Below the pieces are notes generated by a model, which did no database searches, was not told the origin of the DNA, and saw nothing but the letters and a program-made list of their open reading frames with translations. A program made the position numbers and the translations under genes. From Azolla caroliniana (lineage: Eukaryota; Plantae; Polypodiophyta): a DNA stretch of 64,000 bases. The stretch is from the NCBI GenBank assembly GCA_043228905.1, contig JBHGNT010000025.1:62001-126000 (forward strand). The letters run 5' to 3'. This document shows, one piece after another, positions 12,381 to 25,297 of the stretch (positions are counted from its first letter, which is position 1; each line of letters begins with the position of its first letter).

Positions 12381-15300
12381 TAACAACGCTAGCTATTATA
12401 TGGAACTAAAAAATCAAGATTTTGAAACTCAGGTCGAGAGATATGAAGAAATTAGCAATCTTGACGAGGGAGTTGAGAGGAGCCCTTGAGTACATTAAAA
12501 TGTTCATACCTGGCGCGTGTGATATCGGATTTTTGTGTTCAAACATGCGAATCGAAGCTAACAATGCTAGCTATTATATGGAACTAAAAAATCAAGATTT
12601 TGAAACTCAGGTCGAGAAATATGAAGAAATTAGCAATCTTGAGGAGGGAGTTGAGAGGAGCCCTTGAGTACATTAAAATGTTCATACCTGGCGCGTGTGA
12701 TATCGGATTTTTGTGTTCAAACATGCGAATCGAAGCTAACAATGCTAGCTATTATATGGAACTAAAAAATCAAGATTTTGAAACTCAGGTCGAGAGATAT
12801 GAAGAAATTAGCAATCTTGAGGAGGGAGTTGAGAGGAGCCCTTGAGTACATTAAAATGTTCATACCTGGCGCGTGTGATATCGGATTTTTGTGTTCAAAC
12901 ATGCGAATCGAAGCTATCAACACTAGATATTCTATGGAACTAAAAAATCAAGATTTTGAAACTCAGGTCGAGAGATATGAAGAAATTAGCAATCTTGAGG
13001 AGGGAGTTGAGAGGAGCCCTTGAGTAAATTAAAATGTTCATACCTGGCTCGTGTGATATCGGATTTTTGTGTTCAAACATGCGAATCGAAGCTCACAACG
13101 CTAGCTATGATATGGTATTAAAAAATCATGATTTTGAAATTGAGGTCGAGAGACATGAAGAAATTAGCAATCTTGAGGAGGGAGTTGAGAGGAGCCCTTG
13201 AGTACATTAAAATGTTCATACCTGGCGCGTGTGATATCGGATTTTTGTGTTCAAACATGCGAATCGAAGCTAACAACGCTAGCTATGACATGGTATTAAA
13301 AAATCAAGATTTTGAAACTCAGGTCGAGAGATATGAAGAAATTAGCAATCTTGAGGAGGGAGTTGAGAGGAGCCCTTGAGTACATTAAAATGTTCATACC
13401 TGGCGCGTGTGATATCGGATTTTTCTGTTCAAACATGCGAATCGAAGCTAACAACGCTAGCTATTATATGGAACTAAAAAATCAAGATTTTGAAACTCAG
13501 GTCGAGAAATATGAAGAAATTACCTAATTTGACGACTGAGTTGAGACGACCTAGTAGGTAAATTAAAATGTTCATACCTGGCTCGTGTGATATCGGATTT
13601 TTGTGTTCAAACATGCGAATCAAGCTAACAACGCTAGCTATTATATGGAACTAAAAAATCAAGATTTTGAAACTCAGGTCGAGAGATATGAAGAAATTAG
13701 CAATCTTGAGGAGGGAGTTGAGAGGAGCCCTTGAGTACATTAAAATGTTCATACCTGGCGCGTGTGATATCGGATTTTTGTGTTCAAACATGCGAATCGA
13801 AGCTAACAATGCTAGCTATTATATGGAACTAAAAAATCAAGATTTTGAAACTCAGGTCGAGAAATATGAAGAAATTAGCAATCTTGAGGAGGGAGTTGAG
13901 AGGAGCCCTTGAGTACATTAAAATGTTCATACCTGGCGCGTGTGATATCGGATTTTTCTGTTCAAACATGCGAATCGAAGCTAACAATGCTAGCTATTAT
14001 ATGGAACTAAGAAATCAAGATTTTGAAACTCAGGTCGAGAGATATGAAGAAATTAGCAATCTTGAGGAGGGAGTTGAGAGAAGCCCTTGAGTACATTAAA
14101 ATGTTCATACCTGGCGCGTGTGATATCGGATTTTTGTGTTCAAACATGCGAATCGAAGCTATCAACACTAGCTATTCTATGGAACTAAAAAATCAAGATT
14201 TTGAAACTCAGGTCGAGAGATATGAAGAAATTAGCAATCTTGAGGAGGGAGTTGAGAGGAGCCCTTGAGTAAATTAAAATGTTCATACCTGGCTCGTGTG
14301 ATATCGGATTTTTGTGTTCAAACATGCGAATCGAAGCTCACAACGCTAGCTATGATATGGTATTAAAAAATCATGATTTTGAAATTGAGGTCGAGAGACA
14401 TGAAGAAATTAGCAATCTTGAGGAGGGAGTTGAGAGGAGCCCTTGAGTACATTAAAATGTTCATACCTGGCGCGTGTGATATCGGATTTTTGTGTTCAAA
14501 CATGCGAATCGAAGCTAACAACGCTAGCTATGACATGGTTTTAAAAAATCAAGATTTTGAAACTCAGGTCGAGAGATATGAAGAAATTAGCAATCTTGAG
14601 GAGGGAGTTGAGAGGAGCCCTTGAGTACATTAAAATGTTCATACCTGGCGCGTGTGATATCGGATTTTTCTGTTCAAACATGCGAATCGAAGCTAACAAC
14701 GCTAGCTATGATATGGAACTAAAAAATCAAGATTTTGAAACTCAGGTCGAGAGATATGAAGAAATTAGCAATCTTGAGGAGGGAGTTGAGAGGAGCCCTT
14801 GAGTACATTAAAATGTTCATACCTGGCGCGTGTGATATCGGATTTTTGTGTTCAAACATGCGAATCGAACCTAACAACGCTAGCTATGATATGGAACTAA
14901 AAAATCAAGATTTTGAAACTCAGGTCGAGAAATATGAAGAAATTACCTAATTTGACGACTGAGTTGAGACGACCTAGTAGGTAAATTAAAATGTTCATAC
15001 CTGGCTCGTGTGATATCGGATTTTTGTGTTCAAACATGCGAATCAAGCTAACAACGCTAGCTATTATATGGAACTAAAAAATCAAGATTTTGAAACTCAG
15101 GTCGAGAGATATGAAGAAATTAGCAATCTTGACGAGGGAGTTGAGAGGAGCCCTTGAGTACATTAAAATGTTCATACCTGGCGCGTGTGATATCGGATTT
15201 TTGTGTTCAAACATGCGAATCGAAGCTAGCAATGCTAGCTATTATATGGAACTAAAAAATCAAGATTTTGAAACTCAGGTCGAGAAATATGAAGAAATTA

Positions 15301-16050
15301 GCAATCTTGAGGAGGGAGTTGAGAGGAGCCCTTGAGTACATTAAAATGTTCATACCTGGCGCGTGTGATATCGGATTTTTGTGTTCAAACATGCGAATCG
15401 AAGCTAACAATTCTAGCTATTATATGGAACTAAAAAATCAAGATTTTGAAACTCAGGTCGAGAGATATGAAGAAATTAGCAATCTTGAGGAGGGAGTTGA
15501 GAGGAGCCCTTGAGTACATTAAAATGTTCATACCTGGCGCGTGTGATATCGGATTTTTGTGTTCAAACATGCGAATCGAAGCTATCAACACTAGCTATTC
15601 TATGGAACTAAAAAATCAAGATTTTGAAACTCAGGTCGAGAGATATGAAGAAATTAGCAATCTTGAGGAGGGAGTTGAGAGGAGCCCTTGAGTAAATTAA
15701 AATGTTCATACCTGGCTCGTGTGATATCGGATTTTTGTGTTCAAACATGCAAATCGAAGCTCACAACGCTAGCTATGATATGGTATTAAAAAATCATGAT
15801 TTTGAAATTGAGGTCGAGAGACATGAAGAAATTAGCAATCTTGAGGAGGGAGTTGAGAGGAGCCCTTGAGTACATTAAAATGTTCATACCTGGCGCGTGT
15901 GATATCGGATTTTTGTGTTCAAACATGCGAATCGAAGCTAACAACGCTAGCTATGACATGGTTTTAAAAAATCAAGATTTTGAAACTCAGGTCGAGAGAT
16001 ATGAAGAAATTAGCAATCTTGAGGAGGGAGTTGAGAGGAGCCCTTGAGTA
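12060..16050 (+). repeat. 7-mer/8-mer higher-order repeat (1245 and 1423 bp), each unit containing one 177-bp monomer
   Basis: Divergent patch plus 1-bp deletion at 12275, 13520 and 14943 (spacings 7x178-1 and 8x178-1), each followed by the same monomer order. Confidence 0.85.
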
Positions 16051-16201
16051 CATTAAAATGTTCATACCTGGCGCGTGTGATATCGGATTTTTCTGTTCAA
16101 ACATGCGAATCGAACCTAACAACGCTAGCTATTATATGGAACTAAAAAATCAAGATTTTGAAACTCAGGTCGAGAGATATGAAGAAATTAGCAATCTTGA
16201 C

Positions 16202-18428
16202 GAGGGAGTTGAGAGGAGCCCTTGAGTACATTAAAATGTTCATACCTGGCGCGTGTGATATCGGATTTTTCTGTTCAAACATGCGAATCGAAGCTAACAA
16301 CGCTAGCTATTATATGGAACTAAAAAATCAAGATTTTGAAACTCAGGTCGAGAAATATGAAGAAATTAGCAATCTTGAGGAGGGAGTTGAGAGGAGCCCT
16401 TGAGTACATTAAAATGTTCATACCTGGCGCGTGTGATATCGGATTTTTGTGTTCAAACATGCGAATCGAAGCTCACAACGCTAGCTATTATATCGTATTA
16501 AAAAATCAAGATTTTGAAACTCAGGTCGAGAGATATGAAGAAATTAGCAATCTTGAGGAGGGAGTTGAGAGGAGCCCTTGAGTACATTAAAATGTTCATA
16601 CCTGGCGCGTGTGATATCGGATTTTTGTGTTCAAACATGCGAATCGAAGCTATCAACACTAGCTATTCTATGGAACTAAAAAATCAAGATTTTGAAACTC
16701 AGGTCGAGAGATATGAAGAAATTAGCAATCTTGAGGAGGGAGTTGAGAGGAGCCCTTGAGTAAATTAAAATGTTCATACCTGGCTCGTGTGATATCGGAT
16801 TTTTGTGTTCAAACATGCGAATCGAAGCTCACAACGCTAGCTATGATATGGTATTAAAAAATCATGATTTTGAAATTGAGGTCGAGAGACATGAAGAAAT
16901 TAGCAATCTTGAGGAGGGAGTTGAGAGGAGCCCTTGAGTACATTAAAATGTTCATACCTGGCGCGTGTGATATCGGATTTTTCTGTTCAAACATGCGAAT
17001 CGAAGCTAACAACGCTAGCTATGACATGGGTTTAAAAAATCAAGATTTTGAAACTCAGGTCGAGAGATATGAAGAAATTAGCAATCTTGAGGAGGGAGTT
17101 GAGAGGAGCCCTTGAGTACATTAAAATGTTCATACCTGGCGCGTGTGATATCGGATTTTTCTGTTCAAACATGCGAATCGAACCTAACAACGCTAGCTAT
17201 GATATGGAACTAAAAAATCAAGATTTTGAAACTCAGGTCGAGAGATATGAAGAAATTAGCAATCTTGAGGAGGGAGTTGAGAGGAGCCCTTGAGTACATT
17301 AAAATGTTCATACCTGGCGCGTGTGATATCGGATTTTTCTGTTCAAACATGCGAATCGAAGCTAACAACGCTAGCTATTATATGGAACTAAAAAATCAAG
17401 ATTTTGAAACTCAGGTCGAGAAATATGAAGAAATTAGCAATCTTGAGGAGGGAGTTGAGAGGAGCCCTTGAGTACATTAAAATGTTCATACCTGGCGCGT
17501 GTGATATCGGATTTTTCTGTTCAAACATGCGAATCGAAGCTCACAACGCTAGCTATTATATCGTATTAAAAAATCAAGATTTTGAAACTCAGGTCGAGAG
17601 ATATGAAGAAATTAGCAATCTTGAGGAGGGAGTTGAGAGGAGCCCTTGAGTACATTAAAATGTTCATACCTGGCGCGTGTGATATCGGATTTTTGTGTTC
17701 AAACATGCGAATCGAAGCTATCAACACTAGCTATTCTATGGAACTAAAAAATCAAGATTTTGAAACTCAGGTCGAGAGATATGAAGAAATTAGCAATCTT
17801 GAGGAGGGAGTTGAGAGGAGCCCTTGAGTAAATTAAAATGTTCATACCTGGCTCGTGTGATATCGGATTTTTGTGTTCAAACATGCGAATCGAAGCTCAC
17901 AACGCTAGCTATGATATGGTATTAAAAAATCATGATTTTGAAATTGAGGTCGAGAGACATGAAGAAATTAGCAATCTTGAGGAGGGAGTTGAGAGGAGCC
18001 CTTGAGTACATTAAAATGTTCATACCTGGCGCGTGTGATATCGGATTTTTCTGTTCAAACATGCGAATCGAAGCTAACAACGCTAGCTATGACATGGGTT
18101 TAAAAAATCAAGATTTTGAAACTCAGGTCGAGAGATATGAAGAAATTAGCAATCTTGAGGAGGGAGTTGAGAGGAGCCCTTGAGTACATTAAAATGTTCA
18201 TACCTGGCGCGTGTGATATCGGATTTTTCTGTTCAAACATGCGAATCGAACCTAACAACGCTAGCTATGATATGGAACTAAAAAATCAAGATTTTGAAAC
18301 TCAGGTCGAGAGATATGAAGAAATTAGCAATCTTGAGGAGGGAGTTGAGAGGAGCCCTTGAGTACATTAAAATGTTCATACCTGGCGCGTGTGATATCGG
18401 ATTTTTCTGTTCAAACATGCGAATCGAA
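16202..18428 (+). repeat. 6-mer tandem duplication (1068 bp x2)
   Basis: Private markers TATCGTATTA at 16491/17559 and GACATGGGTT at about 17023/18091. Confidence 0.9.
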
Positions 18429-21199
18429 CCTAACAACGCTAGCTATGATATGGAACTAAAAAATCAAGATTTTGAAACTCAGGTCGAGAGATATAAAGAA
18501 ATTAGCAATCTTGAGGAGGGAGTTGACAGGAGCCCTTGAGTACATTAAAATGTTCATACCTGGCGCGTGTGATATCGGATTTTTCTGTTCAAACATGCGA
18601 ATCGAAGCTAACAACGCTAGCTATTATATGGAACTAAAAAATCAAGATTTTGAAACTCAGGTCGAGAAATATGAAGAAATTAGCAATCTTGAGGAGGGAG
18701 TTGAGAGGAGCCCTTGAGTACATTAAAATGTTCATACCTGGCGCGTGTGATATCGGATTTTTGTGTTCAAACATGCGAATCGAAGCTAACAATGCTAGCT
18801 ATTATATGGAACTAAAAAATCAAGATTTTGAAACTCAGGTCGAGAGATATGAAGAAATTAGCAATCTTGAGGAGGGAGTTGAGAGGAGCCCTTGAGTACA
18901 TTAAAATGTTCATACCTGGCGCGTGTGATATCGGATTTTTGTGTTCAAACATGCGAATCGAAGCTATCAACACTAGCTATTCTATGGAACTAAAAAATCA
19001 AGATTTTGAAACTCAGGTCGAGAGATATAAAGAAATTAGCAATCTTGAGGAGGGAGTTGACAGGAGCCCTTGAGTACATTAAAATGTTCATACCTGGCGC
19101 GTGTGATATCGGATTTTTGTGTTCAAACATGCGAATCGAAGCTAACAATGCTAGCTATTATATGGAACTAAAAAATCAAGATTTTGAAACTCAGGTCGAG
19201 AGATATGAAGAAATTAGCAATCTTGAGGAGGGAGTTGAGAGGAGCCCTTGAGTACATTAAAATGTTCATACCTGGCGCGTGTGATATCGGATTTTTGTGT
19301 TCAAACATGCGAATCGAAGCTATCAACACTAGCTATTCTATGGAACTAAAAAATCAAGATTTTGAAACTCAGGTCGAGAGATATGAAGAAATTAGCAATC
19401 TTGAGGAGGGAGTTGAGAGGAGCCCTTGAGTAAATTAAAATGTTCATACCTGGCTCGTGTGATATCGGATTTTTGTGTTCAAACATGCGAATCGAAGCTC
19501 ACAACGCTAGCTATGATATGGTATTAAAAAATCATGATTTTGAAATTGAGGTCGAGAGACATGAAGAAATTAGCAATCTTGAGGAGGGAGTTGAGAGGAG
19601 CCCTTGAGTACATTAAAATGTTCATACCTGGCGCGTGTGATATCGGATTTTTGTGTTCAAACATGCGAATCGAAGCTAACAACGCTAGCTATGACATGGT
19701 ATTAAAAAATCAAGATTTTGAAACTCAGGTCGAGAGATATGAAGAAATTAGCAATCTTGAGGAGGGAGTTGAGAGGAGCCCTTGAGTACATTAAAATGTT
19801 CATACCTGGCGCGTGTGATATCGGATTTTTCTGTTCAAACATGCGAATCGAAGCTAACAACGGTAGCTATTATATGGAACTAAAAAATCAAGATTTTGAA
19901 ACTCAGGTCGAGAGATATGAAGAAATTAGCAATCTTGACGAGGGAGTTGAGAGGAGCCCTTGAGTACATTAAAATGTTCATACCTGGCGCGTGTGATATC
20001 GGATTTTTCTGTTCAAACATGCGAATCGAAGCTAACAACGCTAGCTATTATATGGAACTAAAAAATCAAGATTTTGAAACTCAGGTCGAGAAATATGAAG
20101 AAATTAGCAATCTTGAGGAGGGAGTTGAGAGGAGCCCTTGAGTACATTAAAATGTTCATACCTGGCGCGTGTGATATCGGATTTTTGTGTTCAAACATGC
20201 GAATCGAAGCTAACAATGCTAGCTATTATATGGAACTAAAAAATCAAGATTTTGAAACTCAGGTCGAGAGATATGAAGAAATTAGCAATCTTGAGGAGGG
20301 AGTTGAGAGGAGCCCTTGAGTACATTAAAATGTTCATACCTGGCGCGTGTGATATCGGATTTTTGTGTTCAAACATGCGAATCGAAGCTATCAACACTAG
20401 CTATTCTATGGAACTAAAAAATCAAGATTTTGAAACTCAGGTCGAGAGATATAAAGAAATTAGCAATCTTGAGGAGGGAGTTGACAGGAGCCCTTGAGTA
20501 CATTAAAATGTTCATACCTGGCGCGTGTGATATCGGATTTTTCTGTTCAAACATGCGAATCGAAGCTAACAACGCTAGCTATTATATGGAACTAAAAAAT
20601 CAAGATTTTGAAACTCAGGTCGAGAAATATGAAGAAATTAGCAATCTTGAGGAGGGAGTTGAGAGGAGCCCTTGAGTACATTAAAATGTTCATACCTGGC
20701 GCGTGTGATATCGGATTTTTGTGTTCAAACATGCGAATCGAAGCTAACAATGCTAGCTATTATATGGAACTAAAAAATCAAGATTTTGAAACTCAGGTCG
20801 AGAGATATGAAGAAATTAGCAATCTTGAGGAGGGAGTTGAGAGGAGCCCTTGAGTACATTAAAATGTTCATACCTGGCGCGTGTGATATCGGATTTTTGT
20901 GTTCAAACATGCGAATCGAAGCTAACAATGCTAGCTATTCTATGGAACTAAAAAATCAAGATTTTGAAACTCAGGTCGAGAAATATGAAGAAATTAGCAA
21001 TCTTGAGGAGGGAGTTGAGAGGAGCCCTTGAGTACATTAAAATGTTCATACCTGGCGCGTGTGATATCGGATTTTTGTGTTCAAACATGCGAATCGAAGC
21101 TAACAATGCTAGCTATTATATGGAACTAAAAAATCAAGATTTTGAAACTCAGGTCGAGAGATATGAAGAAATTAGCAATCTTGAGGAGGGAGTTGAGAG

Positions 21200-24100
21200 G
21201 AGCCCTTGAGTACATTAAAATGTTCATACCTGGCGCGTGTGATATCGGATTTTTGTGTTCAAACATGCGAATCGAAGCTAACAACGCTAGCTATGACATG
21301 GTATTAAAAAATCAAGATTTTGAAACTCAGGTCGAGAGATATGAAGAAATTAGCAATCTTGAGGAGGGAGTTGAGAGGAGCCCTTGAGTACATTAAAATG
21401 TTCATACCTGGCGCGTGTGATATCGGATTTTTCTGTTCAAACATGCGAATCGAACCTAACAACGCTAGCTATGATATGGAACTAAAAAATCAAGATTTTG
21501 AAACTCAGGTCGAGAGATATGAAGAAATTAGCAATCTTGAGGAGGGAGTTGAGAGGAGCCCTTGAGTACATTAAAATGTTCATACCTGGCGCGTGTGATA
21601 TCGGATTTTTGTGTTCAAACATGCGAATCGAACCTAACAACGCTAGCTATTCTATGGAACTAAAAAATCAAGATTTTGAAACTCAGGTCGAGAGATATGA
21701 AGAAATTAGCAATCTTGAGGAGGGAGTTGAGAGGAGCCCTTGAGTACATTAAAATGTTCATACCTGGCGCGTGTGATATCGGATTTTTGTGTTCAAACAT
21801 GCGAATCGAAGCTATCAACACTAGCTATTCTATGGAACTAAAAAATCAAGATTTTGAAACTCAGGTCGAGAGATATGAAGAAATTAGCAATCTTGAGGAG
21901 GGAGTTGAGAGGAGCCCTTGAGTAAATTAAAATGTTCATACCTGGCTCGTGTGATATCGGATTTTTGTGTTCAAACATGCGAATCGAAGCTCACAACGCT
22001 AGCTATGATATGGTATTAAAAAATCATGATTTTGAAATTGAGGTCGAGAGACATGAAGAAATTAGCAATCTTGAGGAGGGAGTTGAGAGGAGCCCTTGAG
22101 TACATTAAAATGTTCATACCTGGCGCGTGTGATATCGGATTTTTGTGTTCAAACATGCGAATCGAAGCTAACAACGCTAGCTATGACATGGTATTAAAAA
22201 ATCAAGATTTTGAAACTCAGGTCGAGAGATATGAAGAAATTAGCAATCTTGAGGAGGGAGTTGAGAGGAGCCCTTGAGTACATTAAAATGTTCATACCTG
22301 GCGCGTGTGATATCGGATTTTTCTGTTCAAACATGCGAATCGAAGCTAACAACGCTAGCTATTATATGGAACTAAAAAATCAAGATTTTGAAACTCAGGT
22401 CGAGAAATATGAAGAAATTACCTAATTTGACGACTGAGTTGAGACGACCTAGTAGGTAAATTAAAATGTTCATACCTGGCTCGTGTGATATCGGATTTTT
22501 GTGTTCAAACATGCGAATCAAGCTAACAACGCTAGCTATTATATGGAACTAAAAAATCAAGATTTTGAAACTCAGGTCGAGAGATATGAAGAAATTAGCA
22601 ATCTTGAGGAGGGAGTTGAGAGGAGCCCTTGAGTACATTAAAATGTTCATACCTGGCGCGTGTGATATCGGATTTTTGTGTTCAAACATGCGAATCGAAG
22701 CTAACAATGCTAGCTATTATATGGAACTAAAAAATCAAGATTTTGAAACTCAGGTCGAGAAATATGAAGAAATTAGCAATCTTGAGGAGGGAGTTGAGAG
22801 GAGCCCTTGAGTACATTAAAATGTTCATACCTGGCGCGTGTGATATCGGATTTTTGTGTTCAAACATGCGAATCGAAGCTAACAATGCTAGCTATTATAT
22901 GGAACTAAAAAATCAAGATTTTGAAACTCAGGTCGAGAGATATGAAGAAATTAGCAATCTTGAGGAGGGAGTTGAGAGGAGCCCTTGAGTACATTAAAAT
23001 GTTCATACCTGGCGCGTGTGATATCGGATTTTTGTGTTCAAACATGCGAATCGAAGCTATCAACACTAGCTATTCTATGGAACTAAAAAATCAAGATTTT
23101 GAAACTCAGGTCGAGAGATATGAAGAAATTAGCAATCTTGAGGAGGGAGTTGAGAGGAGCCCTTGAGTAAATTAAAATGTTCATACCTGGCTCGTGTGAT
23201 ATCGGATTTTTGTGTTCAAACATGCGAATCGAAGCTCACAACGCTAGCTATGATATGGTATTAAAAAATCATGATTTTGAAATTGAGGTCGAGAGACATG
23301 AAGAAATTAGCAATCTTGAGGAGGGAGTTGAGAGGAGCCCTTGAGTACATTAAAATGTTCATACCTGGCGCGTGTGATATCGGATTTTTGTGTTCAAACA
23401 TGCGAATCGAAGCTAACAACGCTAGCTATGACATGGTATTAAAAAATCAAGATTTTGAAACTCAGGTCGAGAGATATGAAGAAATTAGCAATCTTGAGGA
23501 GGGAGTTGAGAGGAGCCCTTGAGTACATTAAAATGTTCATACCTGGCGCGTGTGATATCGGATTTTTCTGTTCAAACATGCGAATCGAACCTAACAACGC
23601 TAGCTATGATATGGAACTAAAAAATCAAGATTTTGAAACTCAGGTCGAGAGATATGAAGAAATTAGCAATCTTGAGGAGGGAGTTGAGAGGAGCCCTTGA
23701 GTACATTAAAATGTTCATACCTGGCGCGTGTGATATCGGATTTTTGTGTTCAAACATGCGAATCGAACCTAACAACGCTAGCTATTCTATGGAACTAAAA
23801 AATCAAGATTTTGAAACTCAGGTCGAGAGATATGAAGAAATTAGCAATCTTGAGGAGGGAGTTGAGAGGAGCCCTTGAGTAAATTAAAATGTTCATACCT
23901 GGCGCGTGTGATATCGGATTTTTGTGTTCAAACATGCGAATCGAAGCTATCAACACTAGCTATTCTATGGAACTAAAAAATCAAGATTTTGAAACTCAGG
24001 TCGAGAGATATGAAGAAATTAGCAATCTTGAGGAGGGAGTTGAGAGGAGCCCTTGAGTAAATTAAAATGTTCATACCTGGCTCGTGTGATATCGGATTTT

Positions 24101-24475
24101 TGTGTTCAAACATGCGAATCGAAGCTCACAACGCTAGCTATGATATGGTATTAAAAAATCATGATTTTGAAATTGAGGTCGAGAGACATGAAGAAATTAG
24201 CAATCTTGAGGAGGGAGTTGAGAGGAGCCCTTGAGTACATTAAAATGTTCATACCTGGCGCGTGTGATATCGGATTTTTGTGTTCAAACATGCGAATCGA
24301 AGCTAACAACGCTAGCTATGACATGGTATTAAAAAATCAAGATTTTGAAACTCAGGTCGAGAGATATGAAGAAATTAGCAATCTTGAGGAGGGAGTTGAG
24401 AGGAGCCCTTGAGTACATTAAAATGTTCATACCTGGCGCGTGTGATATCGGATTTTTCTGTTCAAACATGCGAAT
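21200..24475 (+). repeat. Block duplication with 12-monomer offset (2135 bp)
   Basis: ORF variants 21320/23455, 21498/23633 (rare GAACCT plus TATTCT combination) and 22026/24161; 2135 = 12x178-1. Confidence 0.75.
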
Positions 24476-25297
24476 CGAACCTAACAACGCTAGCTATGAT
24501 ATGGAACTAAAAAATCAAGATTTTGAAACTCAGGTCGAGAGATATGAAGAAATTAGCAATCTTGAGGAGGGAGTTGAGAGGAGCCCTTGAGTACATTAAA
24601 ATGTTCATACCTGGCGCGTGTGATATCGGATTTTTCTGTTCAAACATGCGAATCGAACCTAACAACGCTAGCTATGATATGGAACTAAAAAATCAAGATT
24701 TTGAAACTCAGGTCGAGAGATATGAAGAAATTAGCAATCTTGAGGAGGGAGTTGAGAGGAGCCCTTGAGTACATTAAAATGTTCATACCTGGCGCGTGTG
24801 ATATCGGATTTTTCTGTTCAAACATGCGAATCGAAGCTAACAACGCTAGCTATTATATGGAACTAAAAAATCAAGATTTTGAAACTCAGGTCGAGAAATA
24901 TGAAGAAATTAGCAATCTTGAGGAGGGAGTTGAGAGGAGCCCTTGAGTACATTAAAATGTTCATACCTGGCGCGTGTGATATCGGATTTTTGTGTTCAAA
25001 CATGCGAATCGAAGCTAACAATGCTAGCTATTATATGGAACTAAAAAATCAAGTTTTTGAAACTCAGGTCGAGAGATATGAAGAAATTAGCAATCTTGAG
25101 GAGGGAGTTGAGAGGAGCCCTTGAGTACATTAAAATGTTCATACCTGGCGCGTGTGATATCGGATTTTTGTGTTCAAACATGCGAATCGAAGCTATCAAC
25201 ACTAGCTATTCTATGGAACTAAAAAATCAAGATTTTGAAACTCAGGTCGAGAGATATGAAGAAATTAGCAATCTTGAGGAGGGAGTTGAGAGGAGCC

